Assembly: GCF_009914755.1 (NCBI RefSeq)
Contig: NC_060929.1
Direction: 5' to 3' (one strand)
DNA from: the human T2T-CHM13v2.0 reference genome, Homo sapiens
Length of the DNA: 64,000 nt
Of the stretch, positions 14,147-24,102 are shown in pieces (positions within the stretch are counted from its first letter, which is position 1; each line of letters begins with the position of its first letter). The notes under the pieces were generated by a model. That model worked only from the letters and a program-made list of their open reading frames with translations. It searched no databases and had not been told where the DNA came from. The translations under genes were made by a program, and so were the position numbers.

Positions 14147-14867
14147 GCATGCACTATCCAAAGGCTTCAAGGCAATCCACTTCATTAAGAAGCTGTTTAA
14201 CATTGAGGGTACATCAATAAAAACTAGCTTAATGCAATCGTGGAACTGTACCTAAGATGACTCGGCCAAATGAAGCTATTACCCATATAATGTGTTTCAC
14301 ACAAGATGGAAATGGTTTACTAAGTTTATAAAATCACTCTCCAGGATTTACAGTGACTGATTTGCTGTAAGATCAGCAGTGTGGTAGAAGTTTTATGCTA
14401 ACAGTAACTTCACATATGCTCTTAGGAAATTGCTATATTTTCCTCCAAAACAACACAAAACAGCAATGAAATAGAGAGCACTGTTTGTAAAATGTTCCAA
14501 AGCACGCTTGTAATTCATCCTAACATTTAGTATTTGGACTTTGTTTGTGACTTGCATAGAAGAAACAAATTAATTAATTCAGCCTTAATTCAACAAACAC
14601 TCATTAAACGCTTACTATGTGCTGGACAAAATGCTGGGCCCAGGGAACACCAAGGAGAAAAGAAGAGTCCCTGACCTGGAGGAGCAACTCCAGTAGGTAG
14701 GCTCTAAATGGTCAATTCCATAATTGTCAATTATGCCGCTAAGTGTCCATGCCAACTAGGAGAAGACACTCACTTCTGCTCCAAGGGCAGAGAAGGCCAT
14801 GCATGCTTAGTAGAAGCTCCCCGGGCAAACAAAGCAGGCGAGACCTACGGTAATTTTATGGTGGGCA

Positions 14868-15340
14868 TGTGAGACACTTGTTGATTCCTCCAGAGCCTTT
14901 CCCTCCTCCTTTGCTAGCTGAGTCCTGATTTTGTTTATGTTTCAGGTTGAGCTCCTTTGGTCTCAGGGAAGGTGGGTCCATGTCTGATCTAGATCAAGGA
15001 ATGTGACCCAGCTCTGACCAAAAAGATGTAATAGGGAGTGAGCAAGTGGAAAAGGCCTTTCCTATCTGATCAGAGGAATGTTCATGATGAGAAACTCTAG
15101 GCTCTTTGCAGCCCTTTCCCTCTAGCTTCTGAATGCCTGTGTGATGACAGGGACTGTGGCAGATTTCTTAAGACCTTGGAGGGAAGACCAAAAACGTCTA
15201 GAGATTCCAACCCAGATCCCTGACATCACTAGCCTTCCAGCACCAGCAACCACCCACTCCAGCCTTCTTGATGTGTGAGAGAAGTAACCTCCAATTGTTT
15301 AAGGCACTGTGTTACTTGCTGCAAATAGCATTCATGACTT
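14868..15340 (+). mobile_element. MaLR LTR (MLT1-type)
   Basis: atgtgacccagctctgacca... and 3' end cttcttgatgtgtgagaga...ttgtttaaggcactg...ttacttgctgc typical of MLT1. Confidence 0.55.
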
Positions 15341-15636
15341 ATTGCAAGTTTGTGGAAACACAAGTTTTTCAGGGTGCTTGAAGCAATGCTCTTAAAGGGT
15401 TGCAAGGGATGATGCTGAGATGTCAAGCAGGTGCCAGGCTGTTGAGGGCCCTGATGCCACATTAAAGGAGTTTAGCAGTGCTTTCCAGGCAATGGGTCCT
15501 TTCCCAGTGGGATACATCAGATGACTGGAGGCAGCACACATATAAGGCAATGCATAATCTTGAATCACACAACCAGACATTTAGCTCTGTTCCCATTCTC
15601 TTTCAGTCCTTCTAATTACATAAAGAAGATCTTTCA

Positions 15637-15947
<311 letters not shown>

Positions 15948-16649
15948 TTGGCTTAGGAAGTCTTTACTCTCTCTAACCTTATTAATCTTCCTTTTCAACA
16001 AAGATAAAGAATTTTGATAATTACCTTTTGGTTATAGCAAGTGGTACTTGTTTTTCATTTTGGTTGGTGAATCAAGTTTCCTTGAATGTATACTTATTTA
16101 AATTTTTTTAAAGTAAGTCAACTTACTGAAAAATATTAAATAAGTGATAGTGCAGGAGCTACACCTACATGGCAAAAACTGCAACGCTGTAATGAAAAAC
16201 ACTGAAGTTTGAAAAATACAGTTGAGTACATCAGGGAGCCACTCAAAGTGTTTAAGCAATGGAGTAATGTAATTAGACTCCCCATTTACAAAGATTTAGT
16301 GGACAAGGCCAGGCATTAAGCCTGAAAATGACTTTTGAAAAAAAAAACAAACAAATTTCAGATGAGAAATGATCAGACTTGAACCAAAGCAGGAGATAGG
16401 GAGAAAAGGAGATGCTAAGGAGAGAAAGGGAGGAAAACTTAGGGACCAAGAATAAAAGGATGGAGAGGGAGAGGGAGGAGTTTGGGATGATTCCAAAGTT
16501 TGGCTTAGGTAACCGAAAGAATGAATCATGGCACCATTAAATGAGCTAGAGAAAATCGGAGGAGGACTAGGGCTAGAGGGAGGGTGATGGGTACAGTTGG
16601 CCACATTGAATTGACAGCCTCTCATTAAACCCAGACGGTGCTGTAGACC

Positions 16650-16811
16650 ACTGGTTCTCAAAGTGTGTTCACCAAACCATCAGCATAGCCTGGCAAATTG
16701 CTAGAAATGCAAATTCTTGGCGCCACCCATACTTATTGAATGAGAAATTCTAGTCTGGTTTAACTAGTTCTCTAGGTGATGCCGATGCATGATAAAATTC
16801 AAGGACCACTG
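16650..16811. mobile_element. MER5A-type hAT DNA transposon
   Basis: tggttctcaaagtgtg...agaaatgcaaattctt...ggtgat...gaccactg termini. Confidence 0.75.
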
Positions 16812-16989
16812 GGCAGGAGACAGAATTCTGAGTCAAGATACCTGGAGAAAAAAATTTGGATTATTTTAGACAAGGCCTTTCCTTGGGCCTCAGTTTCCTC
16901 AGTTGCAAAATGAAGGATTGACTGGGCTATAAGATCTCCAGTAAGTCACCAAACCTCACTGGGTCTCAGTACTTCACCCCTAAATTACC

Positions 16990-17430
16990 ATCTCCCCCTT
17001 CTTCTTTAGTAATAGAACCCCAATTTTTAACTAAGTACTTGGGAGTCCAGAATAAAGATCATACTTTCCAATCTCTTTGGCCACCAGGTATGTGACTAAG
17101 TTATGACCAATGTGCAGAGAATGGAAGTAATGTGTGTGTCATCTGAAAAGTTTCCTCAAAGAGAAGAGTTCTGTCCTTTTTCATCTTTTCCTCTGTCCTT
17201 TGGTCTGGAATGCAGACATGATGGCTGGAGCTTGATCAGCCATCTTGTATCATGAGGGAGAAATCACACTTGGAGGAGAGAAGAGCAATGAGTTAGAAGG
17301 AAGCTGGGTTTCTGATGACTCATTGAAACCACCCACTAGCTCTATGTTAACTCTTCTAAACTTCTTTTATGTGAGAAAGGAAATATTTTATTCTAGCCAT
17401 TTTTATTTTTGACTTTCTCTGCTCCTACAT
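16990..17430 (+). mobile_element. MaLR LTR (MLT1-type)
   Basis: cccttcttctttagtaatagaacccc...atgtgactaagtt...ctggaatgcagacatgatggctggagc...cagccatcttg. Confidence 0.7.
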
Positions 17431-18975
17431 TATTACTAGAAAATCCCTTGTACCTTATACTTTTATTAAAAAATACTATGAGAAAGCCAAATCAGAATAT
17501 TTGGGGGCAGGGCCTAGGAATCTGCATGTGATGACCTCCCCTGGGAACTGATGAACTCTAAAATTTGAGGTTGGGTGCCTAGGAATTAACTCATATTATT
17601 GTTTTATAGTTATATATATATACTCCATGAACAAGGGAGTAAGAAATTTGGGTATTAAAAAGATTATTTTGTTTTTTGTTTTTACACATATTGATGACTT
17701 TCTTTGCACTTTTTTTGCTTAAGGGTTTGGAATTGAAACTCTTTGTAGTTCAAATTCTGCCCATAAGGAAATCATCAGACAAACTGGACCAGTGCCTGTG
17801 AGCTTATGGCTATGTTGGGGTTAGAATTTTGATCCCTGACTCCCAGCTCTCCGACCTCTGGACCCTGCAGCTTCCCTGCAACCTCTGAAAAGTTACTTTT
17901 TTCCCAGCATTGCAAGTGAAAATCCTCCAGCCTAGCCACAAAGTGTTACAGGGCAGCTGTTCAGCAGCATGGCCAGTTTTGATAGATGAAGCGAAGTGTG
18001 TCCAATCAAAACAGCAAAGGGTAATCTAGGTCAGCAGCCTGGCCACATAGGTGACTGGAGCCACAAAAGAATCCAACTCATCCCAAAGTGATGCATGTCA
18101 CAGTTTGGAAGGTCAATCCTCTGTTCTAGCTCACCTAAATCTTTGCCAGGATACGACAATTTCAAGTGAAGCATATCTGTGTCCTGGACCTTTCCAAACC
18201 ATTTATCCAATAACAATGCACTGGAGGGATTGGCTTCACCACTCACTATCAAAATGGCTTGTTAACTATTCACTCTATGTTAATGATAATACCTCAAATG
18301 GGAAGGCAGGAAGAAAATCATGTTTAAAATGCAGAGGGCTTGAACAGGTTGCAAAACAACCAATAAAAGAAGAAAACACGACCCAGCATTAGTTAAAAAA
18401 AAAAAATCGGTCCTTTCTAAGTAAATATGCATTCTTTCCAACACTGAAAGAGAGTGAAGATCAGAAGTGGGGTTTAACGAAACCTGCTTTCATGACTTGG
18501 TTTTGTTTCTATCAAGCTTGCCTTATGGTAGTGAGCTTCCAGGCACTCTTGGAGAAGAGGATATTCCAAAGGTAATTTCACCTTTCTTTCTTCCCCTACC
18601 TTCACAGGCCCTGCCTTTGAATATTATTATTATTATTATTTTTAGTTTCATTAAAACATATATTCCACCACTACATCAGAATGCTTATTAACGTTGCCAG
18701 GCAAAGTAACTGCTGGGTATTAATCTCTTGGAGGCCTGGACCATATACTTGTCCAGACTTGTCTTCTCACTACAGCTCACTAACCAAAACCAATACCAAG
18801 GACACAGTGTCCTTCAATTCAATTACAGAAAGTTCCTGGGCTGCTAACTCTAAAAGGATCAAGTGCTTTAAATATTTCTGCAGGCAATAAGCATGGCTCA
18901 TGTAATGAGCTTTTTTTGTATGTGTGTCATATTTGTATAATGTGCCCCTGTGTCTTAGAAAAAAAGAACTGAAAC

Positions 18976-19066
18976 AGGGCTGCTGCCTTGTACAACTCCA
19001 TTGGATGCATTCACATACTAGTCTGTGGTGCCTTATGAAGTTGCACAGTGCACAACCAGGGCAGCC
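18976..19066. mobile_element. MER91-like DNA transposon fragment
   Basis: cagggctgc...gtacaactcca...cattcacat...gaagttgcacagtgcacaacc...ggcagcc with short terminal inverted repeats. Confidence 0.5.
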
Positions 19067-20043
19067 TTGGGTAGTGGTCCTGATTTTTGGTCATTAGACA
19101 AGCCTCTGGGGAGCTCGGGTGTGGGCTATTGGGAGAAGGCTGACAATGCATGCTTCAAGGAAAGTGGTGGGAGACATTAGAGCTGGACTGGGGCAGAGTT
19201 CACCTTGTGTGATTATGGGGTGAGATTTCTACTGCTTGCCGAGCTTTAAAAGAGGCTGGTGAAGGAGATATTAATGCCCTGCTTCCTGGAAGGCTCTAGG
19301 TTCTGGGTGTGGTTGACCTCAAACCCCAGAGGGGGCTGGGCAGTAGCTACCAGGTTACAGGCATTCCCCAGCCTACAACTTCTCTGAAGGTGTGTTAGCC
19401 CTCATTGTACTAGACAGGGATAGAGCTTTTTAATTTTTTTTTTTTTTAACTAGTAGCACCTTAATGTTTGGGCAGAACTTGCTTCCCCTGCAACCCAAAA
19501 ACTTTCTGGTGAGCACACTTCATGAAAAAGGCTCTCTTCTGCCAGCAGAGTGCTCAAGCCATCACTCACCTACATCTGTAGATCCTTTTGGAGATCCTAA
19601 ATGGAGCTGCTGAATTGTTGTCATGGTTACCATGGGAAGTTTCTGAGGCCAGAATGTTTTCAAGGAGCGCAGCCCTGGGCTCTGGGTATCCTGGGTTCCT
19701 GAGTAGGCAACTGATGCCAAAAAAAAAAAAGAAAAAAGAAAAGAAAATAATAGATTTCCCCCTTCCTTCTTCCATACTTCCAGTCCCTAAGCAAGAGTCT
19801 GATGTCTTAGTGATCATCCTAGCTGCAAACCATCCCAATCTACTGCCCACACCTGACTTAGCCTTAAAAGATTAGCCCGACTTGGCAGCACCTGACTGTG
19901 GCCCTGGGCGTCTCCACCTTTTATCAACCAAGACAAGTTCCTGGATTCCCTTGTGCACACAGCTGCTTCTAGGCAAAAGACACTTGTGAAGGAATTCCCT
20001 GCATTTAATGTGTTACAAAGGAAGTGACATTTTTGATCACCTC

Positions 20044-20397
20044 TGATATGGTTTGGCTCTGTGTCCCCACCCAACTCTTATCTCAAATTGTAATCCCTAT
20101 GTGTAGACAGAGGGAGGTGATTGGATCAAGGGGGCAGTTTCCCCATGCTGTTCTCCTGATAGTGAGTTCTCATGAGCTCTGATGGTTTTATAAGTGTTTG
20201 ACAGTTCTTCTTTCACTCTGGTCTCTCCTGCCGCCTTGTGAAGAAAGTGCTTGCTTCCCCTTCGCCTTCCGGCATGATTGTAAGTTTCCTGAGGCTTCCC
20301 CAGTCACGTGGAACTGTGAGTCAATTAAACCTCTTTCCTTTATAAATTACCCAGTCTTGGGCATTTCTTTATAGCAGTGTGAAAATGGACTAATAAA
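20044..20397 (+). mobile_element. THE1 (probably THE1D) solo LTR, ERVL-MaLR
   Basis: Starts TGATATGGTTTGGCTCTGTGTCCCCACCCAA; ends ...CAATTAAACCTCTTTCCTTTATAAATTACCCAGTC...GGACTAATA; about 350 bp. Confidence 0.88.
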
Positions 20398-22775
20398 ACT
20401 TTTTAGGAGTCCAGCACTTCACATGTATCCCATGTAATTTACAAACTTAGCAAGAGAGGAAATATCATTCACATTTTATCTAGAAGGAACCAAGGGCTTA
20501 TAGAGGTGATGCCCAGTTTTGCACAGCTAGGAAGCAGCAGAGCTGGGATTCAAATTCAGGGCTGTTTGGTTCCAAAGGTGCTCTTTTTTCCAAGTCATGG
20601 CTGCCATTTTAGCCACTGATAATTAGTAGCTCTGAGGGACCCTAAACCATCTTCTGGGCATGGAACATTCATTTGTTCATTCAATAAATGTGTTCTGAGT
20701 TTTGAGTCTGCTCTGTGCCAGACCCTCTTCTGGCCACTGGGGACATAAAGATAAATCAGACACAACCTCTGCCCTTAAGAAACTAACCCACTGACAACCA
20801 GCAGTAATTAAAAGAGAGGAATCTACAAGACATTAGAGAGAGGGCCAGTCAAGGAAACCATTCTGGCGGAAAAGACACCTGACGGAACCAGCTAAGTTTC
20901 CAGGCATGTCCAGTTGTAGGGAATAAACAGCAGGTAAGACCCAATCTCTATGCTCAAAGAATCCATAGTAGAGTTACAGAGACAAGACTCATGCTCATGG
21001 CACAATGAAAGAGAATAAAATCACCGATTGAAGGCCCTCAGGTGTTCTACACGGAAGTGATGGAGGATTGACAGACTGAGGCAGAAGTTGAGACCATTAG
21101 AGGAAGGCTATGGAAATGAAATGGAAGCCACCTTTGTTCATACTATTTTTCATTAATCTTGGTATCTTTTTTTTCCCTTTAGTTGTGCCAGTTACTTCTG
21201 GCTCTACCCTCATTTCTTTGTTCATTTTTCTTCCTGCTAAAGGAAAATACTCACTTATTTAACATATTTAAAGCTGTGCTGAGAGCAAAGCATTATCCTA
21301 AGCCCTGATGGTGGTCATAGCGTTGGGAATGTACAAAGATAAACAGGACATTAAAGCCCTTGAGTACCAAACATAATGAAAAGTCTGATATGTGAGCTCC
21401 AAACCAAATGGCAAAAGGAAGGAAATAATTAATTCAGACTTGGAAACAGGAGTGAGGGGTGGGGGGTGGGTGACGGGTGGAAGGGGTGGCAGTGGGTTGG
21501 GGGGCTGTCACTCAGGGAAGACTTCATTGTTGCTGGTTTGTTCATTCACGTTTTCAGGATTCATTCACTGATGTCTCCTATCTACAATGTCTGCTCCTGA
21601 AAGAGCCCACGGTCCAGCACAGGTCTGGAAGACATAAACCATCACAATATAGTGTGAGAAACAAGCACGAGAGGTACACAGGGCCGTGGACGCTTATAAG
21701 AGAGAATTTAGAAGATGCTGTTGGTGGCTTTTGAACTGATTCCTAAAAATAAATAGGAATTTACCAAAGGAGAAGAGTGGAAAGGACATGTAAAAAGGCA
21801 TTGAGAGTGTGTTTGGAGGGGGAAGAGGCACTAAGATATACCACCCATTAGGTAGAAAGGCTTGAATACCAGACTAACAAGTTTGGCCTTTATCTTCGAA
21901 ATAATGGGCAACCATAGAAGAAATCGGAGCATGTGAGGGTCAAGATAAAATTTTAGTTTTGGAATTTTCCCTCTGGTATTGCGTGTAAGGTGTACTAGAT
22001 CGGGATGATACGGGGGCATAGCCACAGACGCCTCAGCTGCATCTCTGCACCTGGGAGACTGCACCAGATGCGAGCCTAGCAGAATGGGAGAGTGGGAGGT
22101 GCGGGTGAGCGAATGGAAGGTTAAGGGAGAGTCCCTCGTGAGGTCTACATTCTGGGCAAGGGCAAACGCAGTTCTAGGCACCGCACAGCTGCTGGCAAGA
22201 CCCGCCTCCCCTTCCAGATCCCTCTGGGGCGGAGCTCGGGCCAGAGCACGTGATGCTTGGAGCACCACCTTTACTGTGGGCACCCTTCTCATTCATCCGC
22301 GGTTTCACGGGCCGCCACTTCGATCTCCAACACCTTGACCGTATGCCTTCGTGAGCGAGGAATCTGTTCTCCTTGACACGTCCCTATTGCTCCTCCTGCA
22401 AAGCCCAGTTAGGGAAGAGAAATATCAAAGGAGTCCCTTGCCCACACAAAAGATGGCGACCTGCTGCGCTCACTCTGGGTGGGGGAAGCGGGTTCCAGGC
22501 GCCGGGCCTCACTAGGCGAGGCGCAGACGGAAGAGGCGTCTCTGGAGGTAACTTTTCGACCTTCCTGGGAGTAGCTCTGAAGCGAGGGGGCGTGGCCTCG
22601 CCTGAGTTCTAACAGATGATTGGTCTTCCGGCAGGTAGGTGGGGAATGAGTGCTACCCCCACCCCTCCCTCTTCGAACCGGAAGTGTCTCTGGGTCTTTC
22701 CAGCTGGTTGTCATTTCACTCGGCTCGGTCCTGAGGAGAAGGACTCAGCCGCGGCTGCGGGACCCGGGCACCGGG

Positions 22776-22853
22776 AGGCGGTGGCGGCGGCGGCGGCGGC
22801 AGCAGCGGCGACAGCAGAGGAGGAAGAGGAGGAAGAAGGAAAGAAAAAGAAGA
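22776..22853 (+). repeat. (GGC)6 plus interrupted GCA/GAG/GAA triplet low-complexity tract in the 5'UTR
   Basis: Perfect GGC x6 at 22783-22800, followed by AGC AGC GGC GAC AGC and a purine-rich GAG/GAA/AAG run. Confidence 0.9.
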
Positions 22854-23124
22854 ACCAGGAGGAGTCCTCAACAACGACAGCGGGGACTGCGGGACCAGGG
22901 TAAAGCGGCGACGGCGGCGACGGCCCAGCAACCGTGAGGAGAAACAAAAGCCTTCTAAATTATAGTTTAAAAAAAAATTCTGGGGGAAAAGAGAGAGAAA
23001 GCCGAGGGGGGAGGCCCTTCTCCTTTAAAATAACTACGGTAGTGGGTTTTTCCTTTTTTTCCTCTTTTTTCCCTCTCTGCGGAGAATCGAACTGAGGGAA
23101 CTGAACAAACCGCCCCTGGGTCCC

Positions 23125-23247
23125 ATGAGGGAAAAAAACCCCGGAGCCGCAGAGAGGGGAAGAGGCAGAAACCGCAGGACCTTCCAGGTCGCCCCCTCGG
23201 TCCCCGCACCCCCAGGCCGCCCGCTCACCCTGGTCGAGTCTCGCTAA
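23125..23247 (+). other. uORF1, 40 aa (MREKNPGAAERGRGRNRRTFQVAPSVPAPPGRPLTLVESR)
   Basis: ATG at 23125 to TAA ending 23247, translated by hand. Confidence 0.75.
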
Positions 23248-23303
23248 TCCCTCCTGATCGCGACCCCCGCAAGAGGGAGAAACGGGTGTTTCCAACCCCT
23301 TTC

Positions 23304-23465
23304 ATGGGGGAGAGGAAGCCGCGGGGAGCCCAGGAACAGCGACCGCAGCAAGATCTGCACCCGGAGCCTCAGGAACAGCCCCAGAGGCCAAAACTGCACC
23401 CTGCGAAAGAGCAGAAAACAGGACCAGGAACAGCAGAAACCTCCCTGCAATCATCTTTCCATTAG
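23304..23465 (+). other. uORF2, 53 aa, Q/P/E-rich (MGERKPRGAQEQRPQQDLHPEPQEQPQRPKLHPAKEQKTGPGTAETSLQSSFH)
   Basis: ATGG at 23304 to TAG ending 23465, translated by hand. Confidence 0.75.
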
Positions 23466-23468
23466 TCA

Positions 23469-23892
23469 ATGCTGATTTCCTCTCCCGAAACCAGGAATTC
23501 ACTTCCCACCCCAGATAACCTAATATAATCTATATATATAAATATATAATATATAATGTTCTTAAATTATTCCTGATTTTTTTTTAACCAAGCTGCCAAG
23601 AAAAGAACGTATTCCCCTCTTAGTCCTATTCTAATTTTTATGTGAGTGAATCTAAACTGCTGAGGAAAACCATATGTGATTGTTAAATTATATATATCTA
23701 TATTTTTACTCCGCGCAAGGCTTATTCTTCTACATCCATAGATGCTTGAGAAGCTCTGTTTTTGTCATTCATGTACATTTTCCTTTGGAAAAAGAAAGCG
23801 CCTATTTTACTAACCAAAGACTTGATTTTTACCCTCTTCATTTTTATTCCCTCCTAAAAATAAGCCCAATTGGATCCAAGTCAATGTTTTAA
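23469..23892 (+). other. Cluster of seven short uORFs: 23469-23528 (19 aa), 23556-23576 (6 aa), 23640-23645 (ATG-TGA), 23674-23679 (ATG-TGA), 23742-23813 (23 aa), 23771-23857 (28 aa), 23884-23892 (2 aa)
   Basis: Every + strand ATG in the UTR was read to its stop by hand. uORF control of CPEB4 translation under ER stress is established. Confidence 0.75.
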
Positions 23893-24102
23893 GAGATTTT
23901 TTTAAGAGTTGTTTTTTCTTTCAGAGACCAGAATTCCAAATCAGAACAATTTAAGGTGATAAGCTGCGATCTTTGAGCTAGCTATAAATAAGACATTTCA
24001 AGCAAGCAAGCAAACAACTTAAATTTGGGGTAGAGGAAAAAAAAGGCGTGAGACATCAGGTTGTCATTTTTTATTGTGAGATTCTGCTCCTAAAAATAAT
24101 AA

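Larger units (their letters stand above)
22000..23420. promoter_or_regulatory. CpG island / TATA-less promoter of CPEB4
   Basis: High CpG density. Motifs: GC box GGGGCGGAGC 22226-22235, E-box CACGTG 22247-22252, YY1-type AAGATGGCG 22450-22458, SP/KLF GGGGCGTGGC 22587-22596, inverted CCAAT (ATTGG) 22619-22623, ETS CTTCCGG 22625-22631 and ACCGGAAGTG 22677-22686. Confidence 0.9.
22718..24102 (+). other. CPEB4: CPEB4 5'UTR (part of exon 1), ~1.4 kb, GC-rich 5' half and AU-rich 3' half
   Basis: Lies between the promoter motifs/Inr-like TCATTTCACT (22711-22720) and the start codon. The exact TSS is inferred, not visible in sequence. Confidence 0.75.

Noticed and set aside
21831-23502. Multiple minus-strand ORFs over the promoter (possible antisense gene)
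   Set aside because: Expected stop-codon scarcity in a CpG island; low-complexity products with no homology. Divergent non-coding transcription is possible but not evidenced here.
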